In this document: positions 15,701 to 23,194 of the stretch, in pieces
Position numbering within the stretch: position 1 is the stretch's first letter
How the letters are laid out: each line of letters opens with the position of its first letter
Assembly (NCBI GenBank): GCA_964565945.1
Contig: CAZMGY010000012.1
Location: 90,001 to 122,000, forward strand
Source: an uncultured bacterium
GTDB taxonomy: Bacteria > GCA-001730085
Direction of reading: 5' to 3'
Length of the DNA: 32,000 bases
Notes under the pieces: generated by a model
Databases searched by the model: none
What the model was told of the DNA's origin: nothing
What the model saw: the letters and a program-made list of their open reading frames with translations, nothing else
Translations under genes and position numbers: made by a program

Positions 15701-17624
15701 CGAAGTTGGATGCGGAGCGTATGCCACGTATATGATTCAAGATAAGGATATTTTGCCAGTACCTACGTCAAAAGAAACCGCGGCAGGTGCTAGAAATGTT
15801 CTCTATTACATTCCTTTGTTAAAAATTTTTAAATCTACGTGCGATGCTGCTGGAAACATTATTCTCGAAAGAAAGATCAAAGCGATTGAACGAGGAAGTT
15901 ACCACATGTTTCTTAGGGCGTTCAATGCTTCGGAAGAGCCTGGGGTATTGAGCCATGTGAGACGTGTCGATATTTCTAATCGGATTGTTCCGATCATTCC
16001 ACCTAAGCCTAACTTAGTACGACCCAATGCGACAGATCGCAATAGCCTTAATGTGAAGGAAAAAGCTCTGATTCCTGTGTCGTGGACTCTTGGAGCTCAA
16101 CAACAATCGCCTCTTGCAAATGCTTATTCTAACAGGGCTCAGTCAACCTATATTCCCTTTTATCGGGTTCTCTTTTACCAGGATCTTCCTGCTGGGCAGT
16201 CTCCGTGCGATGCACAGGGAAATCTTGTCTTCTTGGATGTTGATAAAAATGGGGTGAATGACTGGTTGGAACGTCCTTCGGAAAGTCTCTCAGGTCGCTT
16301 GTTCACAACCTTTTTGGTGACCACTAAACAGCTGGAAAAGATTGCTCAAGAGGAGTTGTTAAAAGCAGAAAATTCTGATGAAACACGCACCACGGTCGAC
16401 TTGCCGTCCTTTTTGGAAATTGACACATTTTACAAACCTAAATTAGCTGCTGATGGGACGCCTTTGATCAATGATGCGGGAAAACTTCAGTTTGAAGCTG
16501 ATTTCCATGAAGTTCCTATTGGTACGTACAGTGTGTTTGTTTTTCCGATTAACCTTATGGAACTCGAAGGGCCCTTGAGTGACCCGAAAACTATTCAAAT
16601 CACTAAACATATCGAAGACATTCAAACGCCGGATCCTTTGCAACTTGATCCTATTACGCCAAATCCTGATCGCAACGGAATTATTGGCTTAAATTGGACT
16701 TTAAAAGGGCGTGATCCGACCGAAAGAGATCGATTGGATTTTTTCCCTCTGTATGAAATAAACATTGCCAAACACAATGCAACGTGGCAGCGCAATACCT
16801 TTGCCGTTGAATATGTCAAAAGTTTGGGAGACTTTCCTTTAATGGTGCCTGTTTCACCGGGTTCAAAGATTTTTCGTAAAGTGAGTAAATGGCCTTGGGT
16901 ACGCAACTTGAACGATCCAGATTTTCCTTTGAATTATAGGCGACTGGGTGAAGTCACTCCTGTCTCAATTGGTTTTGAAAATGATGCGATGTATTATATT
17001 CGTGTGCGTGCCTTGTCTCATGAAGGGCCTGTTGCCAAACGAGGAGAGTGGAGTAATACTGAAGCCGTTCGTGTTGATTTACGCAGCGATATGCTGCATC
17101 CTCCGATTGTTTCTCGGACACAAGGGCCCGAAAGAAATTGGAACTATCAAGATCCTTCTGAGCAAATTATTGTCAACGATCTATTCCTTAAAATTTACGC
17201 GATGTACTATCAGTTTAATCCGCAATTAACGGCTCTGCAAAAACAAGAGTCTCAGATGATTGAAATTTATGAAAGTGAGTCCTCTTTGTTTGAAACGATT
17301 CGCGAAGTGTTTTATTTGGATACCAATCGTACGGAAGCCTTTTCGATTAATGGAGATGAGGTGTTCACTCTTAAACGATCTCCGTTCACAACGGTGGATT
17401 CCAAGCCTGAGTTTGAGGTGCAACGACCTCTTTGGGGCCAAACCTACTATTACAAAGCGCGCTTTATTGGCTTTAATGAAAATTCTCCCGACCGCATGAA
17501 CGACTTGCCTCGAGGACGTTTTGGCAAGACTGTTAGGGTTAATGTCCCCACTGAGGAACCCTCTGGTGCGTCTCCTGGATCTGAAGATCCGCACGATCCT
17601 CGTCAGAAAACCTGGCGCCTCTAA
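12756..17624 (+). CDS. Giant secreted protein (1622 aa) of about 8 diverged Fn3-like beta-sandwich modules; function unknown
   Basis: SD AAGGAG at 12744-12749. Sec signal peptide MRSLFSRWWVILFSAMSLFVVTPTSQVHA|SF. The early strand motif recurs (IVHLKWN, FVPLSWS, IPLNWT, IPVSWT, IGLNWT). The late tyrosine-corner strand also recurs (VYYIRARALG, RYYLWIRTV, LYDFYVISN, SYHMFLRAF, TYSVFVFPI, MYYIRVRALS, TYYYKARFIG). Pro-rich linkers join the modules. No catalytic or anchor motif was recognised. Confidence 0.85.
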   Translation: MRSLFSRWWVILFSAMSLFVVTPTSQVHASFWSDVGDFFTQDIPDFFKNIFIPSTTSNGQNNTFLFPDIIDEASGPDGFHVVNLSGDRDRDGIVHLKWNTKKFSGTRAKCYQIVVLGRHNLLINSPISIEQDYFIKPIEVNDDPSSQIQEVIIDIPALLGPGLKEDLGNFVDLPRDFLNGRNTTLYFAVKASKNKDLVDPDNFVSDLDPQDNRQRLDSNGNPKVLTVPNYTFLGSKFSNVLPVSFELDSPPDKLKLLLVKKTTPLEGHCIYTPQQQLQNLTVTVGDASNSRELNLNLDDEIESVYIDRDGILDIWFVKEKDNLIPSFPQYQIQFSKWPKFTFNRETDFDRAVVNRYFIQGEKTHFLYNNFDDFFSPSAGAGELKSLTSDRYFENGHLIRPFHSKNLAVNGFERDSQGSLDFGRPTYFQDSEYGAVNGVYYIRARALGLPSRELRLNHDNRYGDWSRIVAVKVEQNPRLMGIHFTESPFQIDQRRAEAKRLIPAGLVPVNFRLDNKQNSRNASQLIYQIAVSPHADLIVNLESFKVGAKEGRNFGDEVVANRSDYFLDYVLPDAVALAPNPNYTVNMLFNSGVVPAGRYYLWIRTVLNEPDAIPSLWSAPVSVDLPRFEQLLSPRPDLKPIIASISDLNKGFVPLSWSLHDVQPIDPRNSQYTNNQDGNNIHFIPSYQVLVYNREDVNPVGDGGYIKFCDDNSNGINDWVEIQCEGGAGKAYSTYTVTPQQFEQASVAENQRDVLYRVPLLTIPVVPDKDSQSMFEQRIQVIEPGLYDFYVISNRITGHQSLVSQGQSLSISTRIEPRPLPPRTQIGDVDLGDLKVTHGQIPLNWTMQATPSDPRNAVYREKSLEEGSLQRHIPFYQLLIYRTDFGQNLSDDQLPYARRRVIVADFEGVVRQHTMLYNDLISRGYISAQGDVLPAFSNLTSTNQFVVSASFMPQKQRIYNILCVAYFALKEVDVNKDEVNNFTEVGCGAYATYMIQDKDILPVPTSKETAAGARNVLYYIPLLKIFKSTCDAAGNIILERKIKAIERGSYHMFLRAFNASEEPGVLSHVRRVDISNRIVPIIPPKPNLVRPNATDRNSLNVKEKALIPVSWTLGAQQQSPLANAYSNRAQSTYIPFYRVLFYQDLPAGQSPCDAQGNLVFLDVDKNGVNDWLERPSESLSGRLFTTFLVTTKQLEKIAQEELLKAENSDETRTTVDLPSFLEIDTFYKPKLAADGTPLINDAGKLQFEADFHEVPIGTYSVFVFPINLMELEGPLSDPKTIQITKHIEDIQTPDPLQLDPITPNPDRNGIIGLNWTLKGRDPTERDRLDFFPLYEINIAKHNATWQRNTFAVEYVKSLGDFPLMVPVSPGSKIFRKVSKWPWVRNLNDPDFPLNYRRLGEVTPVSIGFENDAMYYIRVRALSHEGPVAKRGEWSNTEAVRVDLRSDMLHPPIVSRTQGPERNWNYQDPSEQIIVNDLFLKIYAMYYQFNPQLTALQKQESQMIEIYESESSLFETIREVFYLDTNRTEAFSINGDEVFTLKRSPFTTVDSKPEFEVQRPLWGQTYYYKARFIGFNENSPDRMNDLPRGRFGKTVRVNVPTEEPSGASPGSEDPHDPRQKTWRL

Positions 17625-17689
17625 AAATCGACAGGCATCTATGACATAAAGGACATGGTTGAAGCTAACTGTGTGTGTGGCGAAGTCTA

Positions 17690-17698
17690 TGTTAGAAT
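17690..17698 (+). promoter_or_regulatory. Possible extended -10 promoter (TGtTAGAAT) for the pseudopilin-like gene
   Basis: TGT+TAGAAT at 17690-17698, 34 nt upstream of the ATG at 17732. No convincing -35 element. No hairpin terminator is seen between 17625 and 17690, so read-through from the giant gene is equally possible. Confidence 0.3.
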
Positions 17699-17731
17699 AA
17701 AGTTTTTATCACTTGATTGTGGAGATGGATT

Positions 17732-18358
17732 ATGCAGTTAGGTCAACGAGGTGTGTCGCTTGTGTCAATATTAGTGACTTTGTCAATTATCCTGATTCTA
17801 ACTGGAATAAGCACATACATGTTTCAATATGCTACGAAAACAGCCAAAAGAGCTTGGTGTGCCAACAACTTAAGACAAATTTATCAGTATTGGCTCTTGT
17901 ATCTCGATGAAAATCATGATCGAATCAGGCGTATTCGTGACTTGCAAGATAGTTCTTTGCCCGAGAAGGGCAGTGGTGTTTATCTTAAAAATGTTTTGGA
18001 GCAGTTTTTGTCACAAAGGGAAAAGCGCCCTATTGATCTAACAGCTATTTTTTCTTGTCCTGCAGACCCTCTACATAACGAGTACGAGCTTAAACATAGC
18101 GGAAGCTATGACAATCGCGATGAGATGTCACGAAGCTATCGCCCCTATGTTTTTTCGGATATTCCCAATCCACAAGATAAAATCCTGATGGGTGATTATC
18201 GTTCTGGCTGGCATGCTATTCCTTTTTTCGGTTTATTTGGTTATGATAGTCAATCAGATAAGGAGCGACGCATTAATGTGCTGTTTGCTGATGGACGTGT
18301 TGAATGGTTGACCGAAAAGGAATGGCAGGATCAGTTACGGCTGCCTTTTTGGGACTAA
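17732..18358 (+). CDS. Pseudopilin-like protein (prepilin-type N-terminal helix, C-terminal DG motif), non-canonical leader
   Basis: The ATG at 17732 is preceded by GGAG. N-terminus MQLGQRG|VSLVSILVTLSIILILTGI resembles a class-III signal peptide (G-1, hydrophobic helix) but has Ser instead of Glu at +5 (17750-17767). The C-terminal NVLFADGRVEWL resembles the H-X9-DG/DUF1559-type pseudopilin tail. Confidence 0.6.
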   Translation: MQLGQRGVSLVSILVTLSIILILTGISTYMFQYATKTAKRAWCANNLRQIYQYWLLYLDENHDRIRRIRDLQDSSLPEKGSGVYLKNVLEQFLSQREKRPIDLTAIFSCPADPLHNEYELKHSGSYDNRDEMSRSYRPYVFSDIPNPQDKILMGDYRSGWHAIPFFGLFGYDSQSDKERRINVLFADGRVEWLTEKEWQDQLRLPFWD

Positions 18359-18377
18359 AAAAGATGTGGAGTGAGCA

Positions 18378-19343
18378 ATGAAACGTATAGCATTGATGAC
18401 AAGTGGTGGTGATGCTCCAGGAATGAATGCGGCTATTCGGTCGATTGTCCGAATCTCTTTGGCTAAAGAGATTGAACCTTGGGGTGTGTATCGTGCCTAT
18501 AATGGTCTAATTGATAACAAAATCGAACTTTTACGACATTCTTCGGTATCCAACATTATTCAGCGTGGAGGAACGATGCTTAAAACATTACGTAGCGAAC
18601 GTTTTCACACCGCTGAAGGTATTGAGCAAGCAGTTAAGAATTTAAAGGAACGCCAGATTGATGCACTGATTGCTGTAGGGGGAGATGGCACAATTCGTGG
18701 TTTGTTGGAGTTGCAAAACCACTGGGATGGTCGCGTGATTGCTTTGCCAGGCACCATTGATAATGATTTGTATGGGACGGATGAAACGATTGGTTATGAC
18801 ACGGCTGTGAACACAGCTGTTGAAGCAATCGATAAAATTCGCGATACAGCCGATGCGCATGAACGCAATTTTATTGTCGAAGTGATGGGGCATCATTCTG
18901 GTCATATTGCTTTGCATGCTGGTGTGGCGGGTGGTGTTGAGGAAATTATGATCCCCGAAGTAAAAACTGTAGTTGAGCATGTGTGTGCCAATATGGTTTA
19001 TTTTTTGGAACGGGGCAAGTCGAGTTATATTTTGGTGGTGGCTGAGGGGGATGATGCGGGATCGGCGTTTCAGTTGGCAGAAAAACTTCAAAACCAGTGC
19101 GATGCAAAATATAAGGTAACCATTTTGGGCCACCTACAGCGTGGTGGATCTCCGACAGCGCGAGATCGTATTTTGGCTTCTAAATTAGGTGGTTACGCTA
19201 TCGATCTTTTGGATACACAAGTGAATGGTGTTATGGTGGGAGAGGTCAAAGGGGAGCTGGTGCACACGCCTCTTAAAGAGACTGTGACCGTTAAAAAAGG
19301 ACATGATCATTTTCTTTATGAATTGGCAAAGGTGTTGCGCTAA
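18378..19343 (+). CDS. pfkA: ATP-dependent 6-phosphofructokinase
   Basis: MTSGGDAPGMNAAIR, GGDGT, LPGTIDND, MGHHSGHIAL and GHLQRGG motifs. Gly in both GGDGT and PGTIDND matches ATP-type rather than PPi-type enzymes, which have Asp and Lys there. Confidence 0.9.
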   Translation: MKRIALMTSGGDAPGMNAAIRSIVRISLAKEIEPWGVYRAYNGLIDNKIELLRHSSVSNIIQRGGTMLKTLRSERFHTAEGIEQAVKNLKERQIDALIAVGGDGTIRGLLELQNHWDGRVIALPGTIDNDLYGTDETIGYDTAVNTAVEAIDKIRDTADAHERNFIVEVMGHHSGHIALHAGVAGGVEEIMIPEVKTVVEHVCANMVYFLERGKSSYILVVAEGDDAGSAFQLAEKLQNQCDAKYKVTILGHLQRGGSPTARDRILASKLGGYAIDLLDTQVNGVMVGEVKGELVHTPLKETVTVKKGHDHFLYELAKVLR

Positions 19344-19549
19344 TGAATGTCATTAATGTGCTTGTGGGGGTTGTTTTCTTACTGACTGCTTGTGGCCAAA
19401 ACTCTATATCTAGGGATGCAGTTGATAATGCCAAGAAAGAACCTTCTACTCAAGAAGTAACCTGGATCAGAGATGAAGACCGTGTGACAATGTCGTTTAT
19501 TCCAACAACTGTTGATGTTTTGGTTGAGGTGATTTATGGTTTGGTTTAG
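19343..19549 (+). CDS. Small putative lipoprotein (68 aa)
   Basis: Signal peptide plus lipobox (MNVINVLVGVVFLLTA|C). The ATG overlaps the pfkA stop (TAATG). The 3' end overlaps the next gene by 14 nt. No homology recognised. Confidence 0.5.
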   Translation: MNVINVLVGVVFLLTACGQNSISRDAVDNAKKEPSTQEVTWIRDEDRVTMSFIPTTVDVLVEVIYGLV

Positions 19550-20399
19550 GCCTTTTGTGGTTTTAGGGCTTATGGGGTACTTAGGGATAACAGCAGAGCC
19601 TCTTTGGGCTCGAAGAGGACTACTATTGAATTCAAAGTTGGATAAGTCGCGACATAAGCCTGCCAGAACTGTTTTAAAACGATCACATCGACATGCTCAA
19701 GCCAAAGTTTTTTATTTGCAAGGACAATACGAACGGTCGCTCAAAATATTTCAACAGTTTTTGATGAATCACAGGAAGCACTGTGACTTAGATGAGGCGT
19801 ATTTGTATGCTGGGCTTTGTTACGATGCCTTGGGCGATGGGGATAACGCTGTGATTTGCTGGGATCGTTTGATTTATCAAAAAAGTGATGCACTTATGAA
19901 GCGAAGAGCGCTGATGGTGAAAGCTCGTTTTAAAGATCGCGAAGGACAAACCTTTGAAGCGATGCGTTTGTATGAACTGATTTTGCAGGTAGCTCCTTTA
20001 GATGAGTATCCTGTTGCGAGTGTTCATCGCCTCATTGAGCTCTATCGTAAGTATGATAGGGCGTCTGAAGCGGGTCGGCTAGATAAGAAAGCACGTGCGC
20101 TTATGCCTATTTCACAAGGTATGGCATTTTTTGTAAAGTCGGCGATGAGTCGAAGAAAATATTTTTCTGTACAGGTTGGGGCTTTTAAGACTTTCAAAAA
20201 TGCAAATCAACTGAAACGACACCTCAAGAAAAAAGGTTTTGATGTTTTTATTGTTCGCGATGCTGTGTCTAAGCATTCGCTATATAAGGTTCGTGTAGGT
20301 CAACTTAAAGCACATTCTCAGGTGAGAACTTTGCAGCGAGATATGTGGTCCCAAGAAAAACTAAAAGGTTCGGTTGTGTTTGAACTGATTCCTTTATGA
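19536..20399 (+). CDS. TPR-like repeat protein with C-terminal SPOR (septal peptidoglycan-binding) domain
   Basis: N-terminal signal/anchor (MVWFRPFVVLGLMGYLGITAEPLWA). Central TPR-like helices (AKVFYLQGQYERSLKIFQQFL; EAYLYAGLCYDALGDGDNAV). C-terminal SPOR pattern (YFSVQVGAFKTFKNANQLKRHLKKKGFDVFIV...LYKVRVGQL). Confidence 0.7.
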   Translation: MVWFRPFVVLGLMGYLGITAEPLWARRGLLLNSKLDKSRHKPARTVLKRSHRHAQAKVFYLQGQYERSLKIFQQFLMNHRKHCDLDEAYLYAGLCYDALGDGDNAVICWDRLIYQKSDALMKRRALMVKARFKDREGQTFEAMRLYELILQVAPLDEYPVASVHRLIELYRKYDRASEAGRLDKKARALMPISQGMAFFVKSAMSRRKYFSVQVGAFKTFKNANQLKRHLKKKGFDVFIVRDAVSKHSLYKVRVGQLKAHSQVRTLQRDMWSQEKLKGSVVFELIPL

Positions 20400-21280
20400 G
20401 TGCAATGAGATCGGAAGTTATTTTTATTCTTGGAGCCACCGCTAGTGGCAAGTCAGATTACGCGGTTGATTTAGCTGAATCGTTAGGGTGTTCGATTGTT
20501 TCGGCCGACGCTTATCAAGTTTATCGTGGTATGGATATTGGCACAGCCAAGCCGAGCCATACGATGCTTCAACGTGTTCCTCATCACCTTATCGATTGTG
20601 TGAATCTTTTCCAGGACTTTGATGTGGCTCAATTTATCAGCGAAGCTTGCGCCAAGATTGACCATGCTATGGCACAAGGCCAGTCGCTTGTGGTCACGGG
20701 AGGAACGAATTATTACATTCATACTTTGGTGGAGGGCTTAGCACAAGTGCCCAAAGGAGATCCTCTGGTGCGTTTACAGTGGCAAGCTCAGCTAGAGGAG
20801 CACGAAGGTTCTTGGTTGTGGGAGCAACTCCATGCAGTGGATGCACAAACGGCGGAACGCTTGCATCCTAATGATCACAAGCGGGTGATCCGTGCGCTTG
20901 AAATTCATCAATTATCGGGGGGGCGCCCCTTGTCGTCTTTCAAAGGCGAAGGTGGCTTGAGAGGGCGTGTGCCTTATCGCAAGATAGGTTTGGCTTGGCC
21001 AAAAGAAGAATTATTTATCCGCATCGAGCAAAGGGTCAAACAGATGTTGTCGGAGGGACTAATTGAAGAAGTGGAGCAATTGATTCATAAAGAATTTCGA
21101 AATACGATTCCTATGCAAACTGCCGTGGGGTACAAAGAAACGCTTGCGTATCTGGATGGAGAGATCCTGCTAGATGATTTGGAGCAAAGCATTAGCAGCA
21201 ATACAAAAAAACTCGTTAAAAAGCAATTGACGTGGCTTAAAAGAGATTCCGATATTATGTGGATTGATAAACGACATTGA
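20396..21280 (+). CDS. miaA: tRNA dimethylallyltransferase
   Basis: P-loop ILGATASGKS. MiaA motifs (IVSADAYQVYRGMDIGTAKP, VPHHLID, VVTGGTNYY, HPNDHKRVIRALE). The start overlaps the upstream stop (ATGA at 20396-20399). Confidence 0.9.
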   Translation: MSAMRSEVIFILGATASGKSDYAVDLAESLGCSIVSADAYQVYRGMDIGTAKPSHTMLQRVPHHLIDCVNLFQDFDVAQFISEACAKIDHAMAQGQSLVVTGGTNYYIHTLVEGLAQVPKGDPLVRLQWQAQLEEHEGSWLWEQLHAVDAQTAERLHPNDHKRVIRALEIHQLSGGRPLSSFKGEGGLRGRVPYRKIGLAWPKEELFIRIEQRVKQMLSEGLIEEVEQLIHKEFRNTIPMQTAVGYKETLAYLDGEILLDDLEQSISSNTKKLVKKQLTWLKRDSDIMWIDKRH

Positions 21281-21305
21281 CACGTGTCGGGGATCAGGAT
21301 AGAAT
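21277..21305 (+). promoter_or_regulatory. Predicted strong sigma70-type promoter for the ABC permease operon
   Basis: Consensus TTGACA (21277-21282, overlapping the miaA stop), 17-nt spacer, TAGAAT (21300-21305). Located 39 nt before the ATG at 21344. Confidence 0.5.
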
Positions 21306-21343
21306 GCCCTTTATGTGTGGTTGATTTTTTCCTAGGAAACATA

Positions 21344-22234
21344 ATGTTACTTTATTTAAACAAACGTCATATTCGTGAATGGATTTCTGGATATCTCTTT
21401 ATTATGCCCAATTTACTGGGTTTTCTTATGTTCACTTCAATTCCCGTTGTGGCTTCTCTTGTGCTTGCTTTTATGAAGTGGGACTTACTAACGCCTCCCG
21501 AATTTGTCGGAATCAACAATTTTATTAAGCTGATTCAGGATCCGTTGTTTTGGAAATACACCAAAAATACGTTTTTTCTGATGATGGGTATTCCTTTTGA
21601 AATGGGGGGGGCTCTTTTGATTGCTACATTTATGAATCAAAAAATTAAGGGGATTAAATTTTTTAGAACCATTTACTTTTTGCCAACCATTTGTTCTGGA
21701 GTTGCAATTTCGATTTTGTGGATGTGGATGTACAATCCTAATTTTGGTTTATTCAATTACATGTTAGCCAAACTAAGCATTCTTGGACCCAATTGGTTGA
21801 CTGATGAAGCTTGGGCCAAACCAGCCTTAATGTTAATGGCATTTTGGACAGCTATTGGTGGTCAGAACATGATTCTTTATTTGGCTGGATTGCAAGGGAT
21901 TCCTCCTGAGCTATACGAAGCTGCTAATATTGATGGTGCTAGCGCATGGCAAAAGTTTCGTCATATTACCTTGCCAATGCTAACCCCAACGACATTTTTC
22001 ATCTTTATCATGAGCGTAATCGGTGGTTTTCAAGGAGGCTTCGCCTCGGCTTATGTCATGACGGGTGGAGGACCGAATGGATCAACCACTACAATCAGTT
22101 ATTACATCTATAGTAACGCCTATCAATGGTTCAATATGGGCTATGCGGCTGCGATTGCTTGGGTGTTGTTTGTATTTGTTTTTATTGTCACCATTTTTAA
22201 TTGGAAATATGGCGGCAAAGCTGTTCGTTATTAA
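21344..22234 (+). CDS. Carbohydrate ABC transporter permease (MalF/UgpA-like)
   Basis: Six-TM-type profile and EAA loop (YEAANIDGASAWQKFRHITLPML). The ATG at 21344 is preferred: the GTG at 21284 lies inside the predicted promoter and adds a non-hydrophobic extension. Confidence 0.85.
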   Translation: MLLYLNKRHIREWISGYLFIMPNLLGFLMFTSIPVVASLVLAFMKWDLLTPPEFVGINNFIKLIQDPLFWKYTKNTFFLMMGIPFEMGGALLIATFMNQKIKGIKFFRTIYFLPTICSGVAISILWMWMYNPNFGLFNYMLAKLSILGPNWLTDEAWAKPALMLMAFWTAIGGQNMILYLAGLQGIPPELYEAANIDGASAWQKFRHITLPMLTPTTFFIFIMSVIGGFQGGFASAYVMTGGGPNGSTTTISYYIYSNAYQWFNMGYAAAIAWVLFVFVFIVTIFNWKYGGKAVRY

Positions 22235-22255
22235 ACAAAGGGTTTTGGTTATAGA

Positions 22256-23194
22256 ATGTCTCAGGTTGGAAAAAATCCATTACACAGAGATTATGTTAAG
22301 AAAACAGGGATTTACGCCTTTTTAATTTTGTTGGGTGTAACGATGGTTTTGCCATTTATTTGGATGGTGTCCACCTCCTTAAAGGTTCCTGGGGACGTGT
22401 TCACTTACCCTCCTGAGTGGATTCCTTCTCCGATTGAATTTGGTAACTACATCAAGGCTTGGTTGGCGGTTCCTTTTGGCCGTGGCTATGTGAATAGTAT
22501 TATTGTGGCGGTGGCGACCACCTTGGGCCAAGTGTTCACCTGTTCAATGGCTGCGTTTGCGTTTGCACGTTTGCAGTTTCCTGGTCGGGACAAGCTCTTT
22601 TTTGGGTATTTGGCTACGATGATGATTCCAGGTGATGTGACAATGATTCCTGTCTTTATTTTGCTTAAAAAATTGCCCGAGTGGTTGAATACGGTGTTTA
22701 GTCCTGTTAATCAGTGGTGGTCACAAGACATGTATCTATTTGGTGAGTTTTTTGTTGGCAAACCGATTGGGATTGATTCTTACTTTGCTTTGATTGCTCC
22801 AGGTTTGTTCACCGCTTATGGAACATTCATGTTGCGTCAATTTTTCATGAATATTCCTCGCGATTTGGAAGATGCTGCTAAAATTGATGGTTGTAGTTTA
22901 TTCGGGATTTATTGGCGTGTGATTTTGCCTCTATCCAAAGCGGCTTTGGCGACATTGATCACCTTTACGTTCATGGGCTCTTGGAAGAGCTTTATCTGGC
23001 CTTTGATTGTGACAAATAGCATTGAGTTAAAAGTCTTACCAGTGATGTTGCAAGCGTTTCAGGGATCTTATAACACTGAGTGGACCTTACTGATGGCAGG
23101 TAATATCATCATGTTGATGCCGATCATTTTGGTGTTTATCTTTAATCAGCGTTTCTTTGTCGAAGGGATTCAGCTCGGTGCCGTTAAAGGATAA
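22256..23194 (+). CDS. Carbohydrate ABC transporter permease (MalG/UgpE-like)
   Basis: Polytopic profile. EAA loop (LEDAAKIDGCSLFGIYWRVILPLS). The family-typical N-terminus VLPFIWMVSTSLK is present. Confidence 0.85.
   Translation: MSQVGKNPLHRDYVKKTGIYAFLILLGVTMVLPFIWMVSTSLKVPGDVFTYPPEWIPSPIEFGNYIKAWLAVPFGRGYVNSIIVAVATTLGQVFTCSMAAFAFARLQFPGRDKLFFGYLATMMIPGDVTMIPVFILLKKLPEWLNTVFSPVNQWWSQDMYLFGEFFVGKPIGIDSYFALIAPGLFTAYGTFMLRQFFMNIPRDLEDAAKIDGCSLFGIYWRVILPLSKAALATLITFTFMGSWKSFIWPLIVTNSIELKVLPVMLQAFQGSYNTEWTLLMAGNIIMLMPIILVFIFNQRFFVEGIQLGAVKG

Noticed and set aside
17713-17910. 65-aa + strand ORF in an alternative frame of the pseudopilin-like gene
   Set aside because: It overlaps the longer ORF, which has a GGAG-preceded ATG and a coherent leader-plus-helix architecture. 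The alternative frame has no recognisable features.
21604-21611. G7-G8 runs inside coding regions (rodZ 11035-11041, miaA 20917-20923, permease 21604-21611) as possible phase-variation tracts
   Set aside because: All are in frame and encode Gly-Gly using GGG codons in conserved proteins. There is no evidence of frameshifted alleles in this sequence. They are noted only as background for the non-coding C9 tract.
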